The position numbers and the translations under genes are program-made. The notes beneath the pieces are model-generated. The model did not search any database, had not been told where the DNA came from, and saw only the letters and a list, made by a program, of their open reading frames with translations. This document shows positions 1 through 10,449 of a stretch of DNA of 64,000 bases, one piece after another (the stretch's first letter is position 1; the number at the start of each line of letters is the position of its first letter). The DNA is from a virus. Its lineage: Duplodnaviria > Caudoviricetes. The DNA is taken from positions 47,726 to 111,725 of IMG/VR virus record IMGVR_UViG_2622736592_000004; one strand, 5' to 3'.

Positions 1-17
1 CTCCGAGATGTTGCCGG

Positions 18-1490
18 TCACGCGGTCATGTCCCACGTGATGGAGTCCAGCCACACCGACTGGCCCGACGTAAGGCTGTTGCCGAGGGTGATCTCACCGT
101 TCGTGGCGATCTGGAGTTGCGTGCCGCCGCCCGTGTACCGGGCGATCGTCGTCACCGCCGCGAGCGGCCGATGCGCGGTCGTCGGGATGACCGCGACCAC
201 CGCCCCCGACGACACCGCCCCAGTCGCGGTCAAGGTGCCCCGCAACCTTCCGTTGTCGCCTCCTCGATCCAGCCGGGACGCCGCCGCCTTCGTGCCCAGC
301 GCCATGTTGGTGCCCGCCGTCAGGTTCACGAACGACGTGGGGGCAGCGGACCCTCCCGCCGAACCGGTCGTCCACGTGCCCGGGGTTCCGCCAGCCGTGC
401 ACAGGTAGACGGCACCCGCAGAGTCGAGCACCACGTCACCGGTCGTCCACGTGCCCGACGTCGGTGCCCCCGTCGTGGCGCGCTGCCCCCGCCAGTTGAT
501 CGCGGTCAAGCTGTTGTAGGAGCCGCCCGCGCGGACACCGAGCAGGCCGGCGAGGACACGGGTGGCCACAATCCAGCCGGGCTGGGTGGAGTGGGCGGTG
601 CCGTACGCCCCCAGTAACGGTTCGCGGTTCGCGGTGACGCTCGGGTTGGTGCTGAGCTCGAAGAACCGGCCGGTCGACGGCCCGCCCTGGTTCTCGTAGA
701 ACTCGAAGAACCTGCCGCCGATCCGGTTGTTGGTCGACGGGGCCCCGCGCACCTCGCCGTTGCCGTTCGCCCAGAACGTCTTGACCGCAGCCCCACCCGA
801 GGTGGTCGAGAAGAATTGCAGGGTGTCCGGGTTGTTGTCGCCCGACGAATACGCCATCTGCATCCGCAGCCACGGGTTACCGGACTGGCCCTGCGTCGGA
901 TCCGGTGCCGTCGCCGCCTGCCCCACATATGCGCCACCCACCTTTGGTGGGTTGAGCAGCAGCGCGCCGGCCACCTGCGACGGCGACAGCAGCGTGAACT
1001 GGCCGCCCGACCATCCGATCACCGTGCCATCCACGCGGGCACCCAGAGCACCAGCAGACACATCGGAAAGGTTGGCCAGGCCAGTGGAGTGCGGGTTGAG
1101 GGACGCCGCATGCGCCGCCAGAGCAGCCGCGTTGTCGGCGGCCTGCTGCCCGACCTGCTGCAACCGGGAACCCAGGACGCCGACCAGCCGCACCCGAGGG
1201 CCACCACCTGCGGACGCCCACAGGTCAGTCACCTCATCGGGTGCCTGAAACGGCGGGATCTGACCCAGACCGCGCGTGCCAGTTCCGTCAGCAGACGTGA
1301 CCATGGTGACCGGGTTACCGGCCTCATCCAGCAGGTCGGTGTACGCGACACCGCCCGTCTCCGCAGACCACACCGTGACCTGCTGCCCGCCCACCACCAC
1401 CGACTGCGCGCCGGTGACCGTACCGACCGTCACCTCGTCGCCCACGGTGATCGTGTAGTCGGCGGCCCCACCGCCAAACCAGTACCGCAC
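18..1490 (-). CDS. Minor tail / tail fibre protein
   Basis: Gly/Thr-rich 490 aa; 'APTSGTWTTGDVV...CTAGGTPGTW' fibre motif; C-terminal RBP-head-like domain; downstream of tail genes. Confidence 0.7.
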   Translation of the reverse strand: MRYWFGGGAADYTITVGDEVTVGTVTGAQSVVVGGQQVTVWSAETGGVAYTDLLDEAGNPVTMVTSADGTGTRGLGQIPPFQAPDEVTDLWASAGGGPRVRLVGVLGSRLQQVGQQAADNAAALAAHAASLNPHSTGLANLSDVSAGALGARVDGTVIGWSGGQFTLLSPSQVAGALLLNPPKVGGAYVGQAATAPDPTQGQSGNPWLRMQMAYSSGDNNPDTLQFFSTTSGGAAVKTFWANGNGEVRGAPSTNNRIGGRFFEFYENQGGPSTGRFFELSTNPSVTANREPLLGAYGTAHSTQPGWIVATRVLAGLLGVRAGGSYNSLTAINWRGQRATTGAPTSGTWTTGDVVLDSAGAVYLCTAGGTPGTWTTGSAGGSAAPTSFVNLTAGTNMALGTKAAASRLDRGGDNGRLRGTLTATGAVSSGAVVAVIPTTAHRPLAAVTTIARYTGGGTQLQIATNGEITLGNSLTSGQSVWLDSITWDMTA

Positions 1491-1514
1491 TATGACTCCT
1501 CAGGGGTGGGGTGA

Positions 1515-2447
1515 CTACAGGGGCCAGGACTTGCTGCCGCGTGCGATGACACCGGCGGCCATCGGCTCGTCCGCGCGGAGTTGCATGGTTCCGGAAGGCG
1601 CGAAGTGCGCGACCGCCGTCGCGCCGCCGAGCAAGTCGCACGACTCGCTCATACCGACCGTCGTTCGGTACTCGGCGGGAATCAGGAACGCTGTGGACAG
1701 CGCACCGGCGGCAACCGTGCTGCCGACCCGGTGGGTGTCCCACCTGCACCACACGGTGCCGTTCTTGGCGCGGAGCTTGATGCTCGTGGACGCGCCCGTC
1801 CATCCGGCCTCGGCGGTCAGGTCGATCCAGCCGGTGTCGCCGAGCAGCAACACCCACACGGTGCCGTTCGACTCGTAGCTGCGGCCGGTGTCCAGTTCCC
1901 GGATCCGCCGGCCCGGCTCGTGCGGGGGCCGGGTCGTGGACGTGCACAGCAGTTGCCCGTCCGACCCGACATACCAGGCCAGCGGGATGCACTGGCCGGC
2001 GTCGGTGACCGTGTCGTTGTAGGGGACCGTCACCTCAGCCAGCGGCAGTTCCCAAACGCCCGTCGAGGTGTCTTCCCCGTAGGTGGGGGATGGGGTGGTG
2101 GGGGTGGCGAGCGCCGACCCCTTCACCACGGCCAAGCCGATCGTCCACGGGTTTCGGGACAGCCGCAGCACGATCAGGTCCTTGCGGGTGGTGCCCGCCG
2201 TGCTGTTCGCATCGACGGTCAGGCTGACCTCGGTGTCGCCGGAGTCCCACCGCAGACCCCGCAGCAGCGCCGCCCGGGACGCCCGCACCTTCACCCCGAG
2301 CAGCGTCGAATCCGCATACACCAGCGGCGTCAGAGCAGGTGATCCGATGAGCCCATCCGGGGCCATCGGGTGCATCAGGTCTTCGTACTCGCGGGGCGTT
2401 ACCGCACGCGAGTTGTGGGCGGTGGTGGGGTACGCGTAGCCAGCCAT
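1515..2447 (-). CDS. Minor tail protein
   Basis: 'RKDLIVLRL...WELPLAEVTVP' actinophage minor-tail signature; position. Confidence 0.75.
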   Translation of the reverse strand: MAGYAYPTTAHNSRAVTPREYEDLMHPMAPDGLIGSPALTPLVYADSTLLGVKVRASRAALLRGLRWDSGDTEVSLTVDANSTAGTTRKDLIVLRLSRNPWTIGLAVVKGSALATPTTPSPTYGEDTSTGVWELPLAEVTVPYNDTVTDAGQCIPLAWYVGSDGQLLCTSTTRPPHEPGRRIRELDTGRSYESNGTVWVLLLGDTGWIDLTAEAGWTGASTSIKLRAKNGTVWCRWDTHRVGSTVAAGALSTAFLIPAEYRTTVGMSESCDLLGGATAVAHFAPSGTMQLRADEPMAAGVIARGSKSWPL

Positions 2448-2465
2448 CCGCGCCTCCCCTCAGGG

Positions 2466-3662
2466 CTAGAGCGGAACTTCGACGGTCGCGCCACGCCTGG
2501 CGAGTTGTCGGAGGATGTCGCGCTGCACGGCGGCAGCGGGGTTGAGCATCTGGGCGGAGCCGACGCCGATGACCGGACGGATCGTTTCGCCGTCGTCGGG
2601 GCTGGCCTCGATCTCCACAGCCGAGATCACGTCGGGCACGTCCGGCAGGCCCGGGTATGCCTCCACCGCGACCAGGTCCCCGAGCCGGTAGTTGACGCCG
2701 TACCGCTGGCCGTCGATGTCGGCGGCGACCACGGCGAGGCGCTGCACCTCAGCCGACCCGGCCAGATCGTCATCGACGGCAGCCTCAAGCTCCGTCAGGT
2801 TGTCGGAACCGGCAGCGTCGATGAACGTCTCCAAGCGCCACCAGTCGCCCGGATCGCCCCGCTCGACGATGACCCGGTTCACCCCGGAGTCCTTGCCGCC
2901 GCCGATGCCGACCGTCGCCGACGGCGCTTCCGGCTCGTGTTTGATTGACAGCAGGTTGCCCATCGACCGGGAGAACCAGATCCCGCCGGTCTTGTCTTCG
3001 GGGCCGTACACCTGGAACTCGATGGTGTCGTTGACCTGCTGGGTGCGGAACCCGACCCTGCCGCCGGCCAAGTTGACGATGCCGCGCAGGTCGTCGGTCA
3101 CCGGGGCGAACCGCGTCGACCACGACACCGGGTCACCGCCGAGCCCAGCCGGATCCCCGAGAACCAGTTGCGGTATCCGCCTCGCAGGAAGGGCACCCGG
3201 CCCCGCGTTGGAGTTGACCAGGGAACGCATCAGGTTCTCCGGCGCGTCCGTGAACGTCCACTTGGCCACGTCCTGTGCGGTCGCCGCGAGCGCGGGGTTG
3301 GGGTAGCTGAGCCTGCCTGCGATCAGCGCCAAGTCGTCGGCGAAGCGGACCGTGAGGTCGCCGTAGCCGTCATCGCCGTGGGTGGCCGCCGACCAGTCCA
3401 GCGCCCCCGCGTACTCGATCGGTCCGGCCAGCAGGATGACCCCGTTGCGTTCGACCACGGCCCGAGCCTTGGGGGTGCGGACGGCGGTGACTACGTCCGG
3501 GTACGCCGGCACGGTGAACTCACCGGACGACACCTCGTTGAACCGGAGCGTCACCGACAGGGACGTCCAGTCGTCGACCTGCTGAGAGATGACATTGAGG
3601 TCACCGTCGGTGATCCAGATGACGTATTCGGCGGGGGTAGGTGCGGGGCCGTGAACACCCAC
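2466..3662 (-). CDS. Minor tail protein (ReqiPepy6 Gp37-like hub)
   Basis: Second gene after the tape measure gene; 'RFNEVSSGEFT', 'RLETFIDA', 'YGVNYRLGDLV' motifs. Confidence 0.75.
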   Translation of the reverse strand: MGVHGPAPTPAEYVIWITDGDLNVISQQVDDWTSLSVTLRFNEVSSGEFTVPAYPDVVTAVRTPKARAVVERNGVILLAGPIEYAGALDWSAATHGDDGYGDLTVRFADDLALIAGRLSYPNPALAATAQDVAKWTFTDAPENLMRSLVNSNAGPGALPARRIPQLVLGDPAGLGGDPVSWSTRFAPVTDDLRGIVNLAGGRVGFRTQQVNDTIEFQVYGPEDKTGGIWFSRSMGNLLSIKHEPEAPSATVGIGGGKDSGVNRVIVERGDPGDWWRLETFIDAAGSDNLTELEAAVDDDLAGSAEVQRLAVVAADIDGQRYGVNYRLGDLVAVEAYPGLPDVPDVISAVEIEASPDDGETIRPVIGVGSAQMLNPAAAVQRDILRQLARRGATVEVPL

Positions 3663-3672
3663 AAGCCACCCC

Positions 3673-4620
3673 CTACGCCGTGTTGTAGTGGGGGTAGAAC
3701 GTCACGGTGATCGTGGTTCCCGGCCCAGAGCCGGCCACCGTGAACTCCAAGTCGTTGACGCCCGGCCTCAACCGCCACAGGGTTGAGCCGGGCCGTTGCA
3801 GTGCGCCGCCGAGCATTTCCCCAGACGGGCCGAGGACCCGCCCCGGGTCGGTGGTGATGGTGATCGTCTGCCCCGCCGACAGCGCATAGTTGATGGTGAA
3901 CTGCTGGCCGAGGGTGTTGTTGGTGGCGACCAGTTGCGTCGCCGGCCCCGTCAACGTCCAGGTGGGCCACGCCTCCACCGTGCCGGGATTGGTCATCTCG
4001 GTTGCGCCGAGCACGTCGCCGGAGCTGATGTTGGGGAACGGGTCGAGGTAGTCGACGGTCTCCCCGTAGGCGCGGGACAGGGTGATGGGCTGCGAGTCCC
4101 GCCACAACCCGTCAGGGCAGAACAGCGACAGCGTGGGCGTGTCCTCCGTCTGCCCCTGGCCGGGTTCGCCTTCCCACCCGGACTGGTAGTAGGCGAGCAC
4201 CTCACGCGCGGTGCCGTCGGGGCGGACCAGCCGAAACAGACCCGGGCCGTCCCACATGGTTAACGCGAACGACTCCGCTAAATCCCGCCACCGCTGCAGG
4301 AATTCGAGGTGCGTCTTACCTCGGATCCGCACCGGCCACGTCAAGTTGCGGGCCTGCCGACGCACCCCCGTCACCTGGACCCCGCCACGTGCGGCAGGAC
4401 GCGACTGGATGGCGATGGGGGTGAGCCCGTAGCCGGTGACGGCATTCAGGGAGAACAGGTCCCGGCCGGGCGGGTTGAGATACCACTCCACCCCGGCCGG
4501 ATCAATCCACAGCGGCACATACTCGCCCGGATCGAACCGGGGCAGCGGCACCGGTAGCGGCCTCGGTGGGGGTGGCTCAACCGGCGGTGTGGTGGGGGCA
4601 GCCCCAATGATCAGCGGCAC
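3673..4620 (-). CDS. Distal tail (Dit-like) protein
   Basis: Directly after the tape measure gene; 'NPGTVEAWPTWTLTGP', 'WRLRPGVN'. Confidence 0.8.
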   Translation of the reverse strand: MPLIIGAAPTTPPVEPPPPRPLPVPLPRFDPGEYVPLWIDPAGVEWYLNPPGRDLFSLNAVTGYGLTPIAIQSRPAARGGVQVTGVRRQARNLTWPVRIRGKTHLEFLQRWRDLAESFALTMWDGPGLFRLVRPDGTAREVLAYYQSGWEGEPGQGQTEDTPTLSLFCPDGLWRDSQPITLSRAYGETVDYLDPFPNISSGDVLGATEMTNPGTVEAWPTWTLTGPATQLVATNNTLGQQFTINYALSAGQTITITTDPGRVLGPSGEMLGGALQRPGSTLWRLRPGVNDLEFTVAGSGPGTTITVTFYPHYNTA

Positions 4621-4641
4621 CAGCCACCCCCACCCATCTGA

Positions 4642-7600
4642 TTAGCCCTTGCGTCCGACGCGGGCGCGAGCATCCATCTGCCGCAGGGTCGCCGACATCT
4701 CCGACAGCGACGGCGGCCCGCCCTGCGAGTTGACGGTCATGTTGTTGGTGACCTGCGTCGACACACCCGAACCTTGGTCGCCGCGCACGAACCTGCCGCC
4801 GTACCAGCCTGCGCCGATGGACAGCAGATCCTCACCCCGCCGCCGGCTACCCAGTCGGGGGAGGAACAGTTCCCCGCCGGTGCCCTTCTCGGCGAAGCCG
4901 TACAGGGTCTTCGCCGAGTCGAACAGGCCACCCTCGGACAGGCTGAGCAGCCCCGACGGGGAGCCCATGTACACGCCGCCGATCGCGTTCGGGGTGAGCA
5001 CGATCTTCCCGTACTGCTTGAGCAAGCTGTCGATCTGCGACTTCGGCATGCCCGACCCGCCGAGGATCTTCCGTAGCTGATCCACGTACGAGTCGTAGAC
5101 GCCGGTCGCCTTCGACTTGCTGCCCGTCTGCTCCAACACGGCCTGCGCCGCGTCCTGCGCGTCCTTGAGGAACCGGAACAGGGCGGTCAGGTTATCCCGA
5201 CCAACCTCATCCTTCACATCGAAGATCGGCTTGTTCAGCGAGAACAGATCCGTGATGCTGGCCAACGAACCCTCAGCGGAGATCGCCGCCTGCGCGGCAG
5301 CGATGTTCTTCTCCGACCCCACCGGACCCGGCGTGTCATAGGTGGGCCGGGTGGCCAGCTTCTTCATCAACGAGTCGATGGTCGAAGCCGACACCTTCTG
5401 CTGCTTGAGGGTGGATCTCAACTTCGCGATGTGGGCGTCGTACTCCTTGTTCGCAGCCTTCACGCTGCCCGTCTCGCGGAACTTCGCCTGCGCGGCCTCC
5501 TCGGCAGCCTTCACTGACGAGATGACGGCGGAGTAGTTTTCGCGTCCCTTTTTCGTCGACAGACTGAACGAGCGCCCGTTCTCCTTGAGGCTTTCATTCA
5601 GTCTCTGGATGGCGTCCCGGGCCTGGATGTATGCCTCCACCGACTCCAGCGGGGTACCCCGATCCGAGGACGTGGAAGACGCCGACGCACCGTAGGCGAC
5701 CAACCCCGACGCCGCCGCGACCATGCTGCCACCGGCGATCACACCACCGGCAGCCATCGGCACCACCCTGGCGTTGTTCCACGACGCGGCCTCGGCCAGG
5801 ATCGACAGGCTTCGGTTCCGGTCACCCCGGCGGGGGATGTACGCTTCCCCGCCGGTTTCCGGCTCCGCGAATTTCACCAGGGGTGGGTTGCTGGCCGGGT
5901 AGATGCCGGCCTCCAACGTGCCACCGGCAGCCATCGGAATCGGCCGGTCGATGCCACCCCACCGCTTGAGCTGCGTACCACCCGGCACTTTCAGGTTGCC
6001 GCTGCTCGTCCACCGCACCTGCCCGGTGATCGTGAAATGCCGATCGCGAAACGAGTTCAGCACCGACTTCGCGGCACGCATGTCCGCCATCGCCTGCGCC
6101 GTTTTCGCCCCGATCAGCACGACCTTGCCGTTCGGCAGTTGGCGGATCTGGTAGAGCACACCGCCGACCTGGCTGGCGGCGTTCGTCGCACCCGGGGCGG
6201 TAACCGGCGTGGTGACCGCCGGCGGCATCATCCCGTACCGTTCGATCAGTGCATCGATCTGCTCGTCGGTCAGCTTCGCCCCGTGCAAGGTCTTCCGCAG
6301 CGCCTCAATGTACTTGTCGTACACCCCGGCGGCCTGCTCCACAGAACCGGTTTCCTCGAACCGCTTCTGTGCCGCTTCGGCCGCAGCCTGGATCATATCC
6401 AGGGTGAGCTGCTTGTTCTCCCGCCCCTTTTCGTTGGCGATATTGAAATCGGTCCCCTGCTTGTTAAGGGCGCGCCCGTTCTCTTTCAGCGCAGCCGATA
6501 GCCGGTCAACGCTTTCTTCCGCCTTGATCTCAGCCTCAGCAGACGAGATCGCGGCCCCGTTCAGCTCGTTGAATACGTCGATCAAGTCCCGGCCTGAGGT
6601 GACCGCACCCCGCAAGCCGCCGGTGAGGGTCCGCGCACGAGTCTCCAGCGCGGCCAGCGACCCGGCACCATTGTTCGCGGCACCGTTGAGGCGTTCCATC
6701 TGCCCGACGGTCTGCGGCATGATCTTCGCAAGCTCACCCGCGTCCAGCCCCGAAGCCGACAAGATCCGATTCCAGGCGGCGTTGACACCCGCCGTGTTAT
6801 TGGTTGTCTTCGCGTACTGGGCGACCGCCGAATCCAGGGCTTGGATGCGCTCCTTACCGCCGGTGAAACTGTCCCCGTAGATCAGCTCGTTCAGGGACTT
6901 CGCTGGTGGCAACAGCGACTCGATCGACCGACCAAGATTCGGGAACCACTTGTCGCCTGCCGTCTCAGCCGACAGGTTGAGCCCCTCCAGGTTGTCGCCG
7001 AACACCCGGGTCAACTCACCTGTCGCCCGGCCAGTCTCGGCGAACTCCTCAACCGACTTGGTGAGCCGGTCCACGTCGGCGATCGGGTCCACGAACTGGT
7101 CGAGCACCGCCCCGGCGAGCTGCAACGCGATGAGCGCAGTCACAGCCTTGTTGGCTGCTGACGCAAACCCGGTAATCCCCTTAGCCGCCAACGCTCCGGC
7201 GGGACCCATCGCAGCAACCTTCACCGCAGCACCTTGAGCCGCAAGACCCAGGGTGGCCACTGCGCCGCTGGTCTTCTTCGCTACCGCACCCAGCGCGAGC
7301 GCAGCAATGACGAACGACTGGAACTCGTCACCGAGCGCGTTGAACAGGTCGAACACCACGCGCAGCGCGGCGGAGCCGGTGGCGAGGATGTCGAACATGG
7401 TGGCGAGACCCTCGCGGGTGCCCGGATCCGCGAGCGCGTCGCGGGCGATACCGGCGAGGGGCCCCAGCACTTCCGCCATGCCCTCATACGCGGTGGTCAG
7501 GGTATCGACGATGCCGGCGATGTCCTCCGCGCCCCGCCCCGACGCCATGTACTCGTCGAGGGCCCGCGCCGTCCCTACAATCGCGCTGTTCTGGTTGTTG

Positions 7601-8871
7601 ACGGCGCTGATGACACTGCCGATGATCGACGCCAGATCACCGGTGATCGACATCAGCGCGCTCGCCGACTCGGCACCCGCCGCAAAGAACTCCGCCAGGT
7701 CGCCAGTCGAGCGGGCACGGGCGATACCAGCAGTCATCGAGTCGATGGCCCCCGCCAGCCGGTCACCGATCACCCGCACCAGCGGATCGGCGGCGACAGC
7801 AACCGACGAAAGGGCACGAGCCACCGGCTGGATGCGCACAACCAGTTGATCGAAGATTCGGTCGGCGGTGGCGGTGACCTGCTGGAATCCGCCAAGGATC
7901 ATCGGGTCGGTGGCGGCGTCGGTTATCGCGGTCATGGCGAGCGACCAGTCGTGGGCGAGGATCGTCGCCTGCCGGCCGACGGTGGGCAGGGTGTCGGTGG
8001 CAAGCCGTTCCAAGTTGCCAGCGGCGCTGGCGTAGGCGGCGTCTTGGAGGGACTGCTGTAACCCCAGCAGTTGCGGCTTGAGCCGCCCCACCTCCTGCAC
8101 CAGTGCCTTCGCCGAAGGGCTGAGCTGCGTGAACGGGTCGTCGACCTCAAACAGGTCGCCGAGAGCGTCGCTGAGGCCGATAGAGGCGACCTTGACGGTG
8201 CCCATCGCGGCAGCAGCCCCACCGAGAATCCCCGGCAAGGTGCCGACCGCAGCACCAGCAGCGACTGCGGCAGGGGCGATGTACTGGAGTGCGCCGCCCG
8301 CAGCGGCTGCCGCCGACGCGGTGACCGCCAGCAGCGTGCCCGCGCGCTGGCCCAGCTCACTTAGGGCATTGCCGGCTTCGTCCGCGTCCCGGGCGATCGA
8401 CTTGACCCCACCGCCAACCGACACGGTGCCCAGCCGGCCGGCAGCCGCCTCGTGGGTGCGTGCCGCAGCGGCGAACTTGTCCGACGACGAAGCCCACCGC
8501 TCGGTGGCAACCTCATACCGCTTGGATGCCCGGTCGTGGCGGCCCGCCGACTGCTGCGCCGTCTTCGACGCGGCAGCCAACTTGTCGGCAGCCTCACCGG
8601 CCCGACCCGCATGCTCCTCCCACAAGGCCGACGACGACGCGAAGCGGTTCGCCGACCCCTCGTACATGGCGGCAGCGGCGTCGAACTTCTTCGCAGCGGC
8701 GGTGACCTTGCGGCCTGCCGCGTCGAGATTCTTGCCTACCCCGGACGCCTCCCGCTCCAGGCGGGCAAGCTGGTCGGCGAGCCGGTTGGTGGCCCTGGCC
8801 GCCTGCGCCGCGCCTGAGGTGTAGTCGTGCACCTGCATGCGGAGACGCACAGACACGGTCCGGTCGGCCAT
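4642..8871 (-). CDS. Tape measure protein
   Basis: ~1409 aa Ala-rich helical ORF starting MADRTVSVRL; ATG overlaps the upstream TAA; follows the chaperone genes. Confidence 0.92.
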   Translation of the reverse strand: MADRTVSVRLRMQVHDYTSGAAQAARATNRLADQLARLEREASGVGKNLDAAGRKVTAAAKKFDAAAAMYEGSANRFASSSALWEEHAGRAGEAADKLAAASKTAQQSAGRHDRASKRYEVATERWASSSDKFAAAARTHEAAAGRLGTVSVGGGVKSIARDADEAGNALSELGQRAGTLLAVTASAAAAAGGALQYIAPAAVAAGAAVGTLPGILGGAAAAMGTVKVASIGLSDALGDLFEVDDPFTQLSPSAKALVQEVGRLKPQLLGLQQSLQDAAYASAAGNLERLATDTLPTVGRQATILAHDWSLAMTAITDAATDPMILGGFQQVTATADRIFDQLVVRIQPVARALSSVAVAADPLVRVIGDRLAGAIDSMTAGIARARSTGDLAEFFAAGAESASALMSITGDLASIIGSVISAVNNQNSAIVGTARALDEYMASGRGAEDIAGIVDTLTTAYEGMAEVLGPLAGIARDALADPGTREGLATMFDILATGSAALRVVFDLFNALGDEFQSFVIAALALGAVAKKTSGAVATLGLAAQGAAVKVAAMGPAGALAAKGITGFASAANKAVTALIALQLAGAVLDQFVDPIADVDRLTKSVEEFAETGRATGELTRVFGDNLEGLNLSAETAGDKWFPNLGRSIESLLPPAKSLNELIYGDSFTGGKERIQALDSAVAQYAKTTNNTAGVNAAWNRILSASGLDAGELAKIMPQTVGQMERLNGAANNGAGSLAALETRARTLTGGLRGAVTSGRDLIDVFNELNGAAISSAEAEIKAEESVDRLSAALKENGRALNKQGTDFNIANEKGRENKQLTLDMIQAAAEAAQKRFEETGSVEQAAGVYDKYIEALRKTLHGAKLTDEQIDALIERYGMMPPAVTTPVTAPGATNAASQVGGVLYQIRQLPNGKVVLIGAKTAQAMADMRAAKSVLNSFRDRHFTITGQVRWTSSGNLKVPGGTQLKRWGGIDRPIPMAAGGTLEAGIYPASNPPLVKFAEPETGGEAYIPRRGDRNRSLSILAEAASWNNARVVPMAAGGVIAGGSMVAAASGLVAYGASASSTSSDRGTPLESVEAYIQARDAIQRLNESLKENGRSFSLSTKKGRENYSAVISSVKAAEEAAQAKFRETGSVKAANKEYDAHIAKLRSTLKQQKVSASTIDSLMKKLATRPTYDTPGPVGSEKNIAAAQAAISAEGSLASITDLFSLNKPIFDVKDEVGRDNLTALFRFLKDAQDAAQAVLEQTGSKSKATGVYDSYVDQLRKILGGSGMPKSQIDSLLKQYGKIVLTPNAIGGVYMGSPSGLLSLSEGGLFDSAKTLYGFAEKGTGGELFLPRLGSRRRGEDLLSIGAGWYGGRFVRGDQGSGVSTQVTNNMTVNSQGGPPSLSEMSATLRQMDARARVGRKG

Positions 8872-9341
8872 TACCGCCCCTTCCGTCTGCGTCGGGGCGG
8901 CTTGGCGACACGCACAACCGTGTGGATCATGTACGGGGCCTGGTCTGGGTCGTTCTTCGACCACTTCTCTTCCGACCGCACCAGCGCCTTGCAGCTAAAG
9001 CACTCGGTGGGGTCTTCGGCCACGTACTGGCTGGTGGCGTCAGGGTTGTCTGGGTCGTTGTCCGGGTCCGTGCACTCCGCCAACGGCTGCCCGCACTTGC
9101 GGCACAGGGTGGCCTCGTGCAGGTCCAAGGCGAGCATCCACGCCCGCTCCCGGCCATCCCACTCCACCTCGCGGGACGTCACCCATCGGGTGGGGCGACC
9201 CTGCTCATCCCACGCGGTCACCTCAGTGGCTTCGCGGGGCTCCCACCCGTCGAACCGCTTGAGGCTGACCCCTAGGCCGCGAGCGGCAGTCAGCTTCCGG
9301 CGGAGTTCCGGGGACTCTGCGAGCTGACCGGCGAGAAAGGG
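8871..9341 (-). CDS. Tail assembly chaperone, -1 frameshift extension (gpT-like)
   Basis: The -1 frame is open from the slippery site CCCTTTC (9341-9335) to the TAA at 8871; contains CxxC motifs. Confidence 0.75.
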   Translation of the reverse strand, partial: PFLAGQLAESPELRRKLTAARGLGVSLKRFDGWEPREATEVTAWDEQGRPTRWVTSREVEWDGRERAWMLALDLHEATLCRKCGQPLAECTDPDNDPDNPDATSQYVAEDPTECFSCKALVRSEEKWSKNDPDQAPYMIHTVVRVAKPPRRRRKGR

Positions 9342-9853
9342 ACATCGTGGTCCACCTGGTTGAGGTCCCACGCCTCGTTGGCCAGCTTGTTGAACTGGGC
9401 GTCGGACAGCTTCACGTACAGGCGATCCCATCGGTCCCCGCTCAGTTCGGGGAACACGATCGACTGTCGGACGAAGGCGGGGAAGAACGTGTCGTAGTTG
9501 ACGCCGAGCCCGTCCTTCGGTTCGCGCTTGCCGGTTGCCTTGTCGACGCGCGGCGGGTGCTTGGCGAACAGCGCATTCCACTCCGGCTTCGGCAAGGCGC
9601 GCAGCGTGAACTCCACCGTGTGCCGGCGCATCTCGTCCGCGAGGCGGTCCAGCTCCGGCTGGTCCGGGTCAGGTGCGGGGGCCTTCGTCGCGAGCCGGTC
9701 GTCACCGGGCAGCCCGCCAGACTCGGCCTGCACGGCGCGTTCGTCGATCGCAGCCTTGAGACGCTCGTACTCGGCGCGCAGCCTGCCGTTGAGGCAGAGG
9801 GCCACGGTCGTTTCGGCGAGGGTCGCCTGATCGAGGATGCTGTCGAAATCCAT
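9290..9853 (-). CDS. Tail assembly chaperone (gpG-like)
   Basis: Between major tail and tape measure genes; starts MDFDSILD; ends ...DVPFS at the slippery heptamer. Confidence 0.85.
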   Translation of the reverse strand: MDFDSILDQATLAETTVALCLNGRLRAEYERLKAAIDERAVQAESGGLPGDDRLATKAPAPDPDQPELDRLADEMRRHTVEFTLRALPKPEWNALFAKHPPRVDKATGKREPKDGLGVNYDTFFPAFVRQSIVFPELSGDRWDRLYVKLSDAQFNKLANEAWDLNQVDHDVPFSPVSSQSPRNSAGS

Positions 9854-9887
9854 GGTTGGTCGCTCCCCAGCGAAGTCGGGTATGGGA

Positions 9888-9920
9888 GCGGGCCGCATCC
9901 CACTGTCGGATGCGGCCCGC
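9888..9920 (-). terminator. Stem-loop after the major tail gene
   Basis: Perfect 13-bp inverted repeat GCGGGCCGCATCC/GGATGCGGCCCGC with a 7-nt loop; no U-tract. Confidence 0.55.
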
Positions 9921-9942
9921 GAAGAAGAAGGGGCGAGCGGGG

Positions 9943-10449
9943 TTACGGGCCGGCGACGACCGCCACGTCACGCTGCACCGAGCCGATGACGAACGGCTTC
10001 TGCGTGATCTTGTGCACGGAGTTCCGGGCCGGGGTGTTTTTGCGAGGGAGCCCCATCTCCACGGGGTACACGTCCACCAGGTCCCCGACGGCGATCGCAT
10101 CCTCGAAGTCGACGGCCCACCTGAGCACGATGTTGCCTTGGGTGCCCGGCGCGAGGGCGATGCGCGCCTCGTCGTCGTCGGGAGACGCCGGGTTGAAGAC
10201 GTAGGTCAACTCCAGCGTGTCGGTGAAGTCGCCGCGCGCCTCGAAAATCTGCTTCGAGCACAGACGCGGGTCGTCGATCGTGTTCTCGCTGATCTCCGTG
10301 GTCAGGCCGTCGCCGGTCAGGTAGCAGGACAGGTCGAGGACCGTGCCCGCAGTCAGCTCCGTGAGCTTCGGCGCGGCAGTGTTGGCGATGGCCGGCACCC
10401 ACAGCGCCGTCATCGTTCCATTGGTATTTACTGCAATGGGCTGACTCAC
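9943..10449 (-). CDS. Major tail (tube) protein
   Basis: 'APKLTELTAGTVLDLSCYLT...DDPRLCS' actinophage tail tube motif. Confidence 0.88.
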   Translation of the reverse strand: MSQPIAVNTNGTMTALWVPAIANTAAPKLTELTAGTVLDLSCYLTGDGLTTEISENTIDDPRLCSKQIFEARGDFTDTLELTYVFNPASPDDDEARIALAPGTQGNIVLRWAVDFEDAIAVGDLVDVYPVEMGLPRKNTPARNSVHKITQKPFVIGSVQRDVAVVAGP

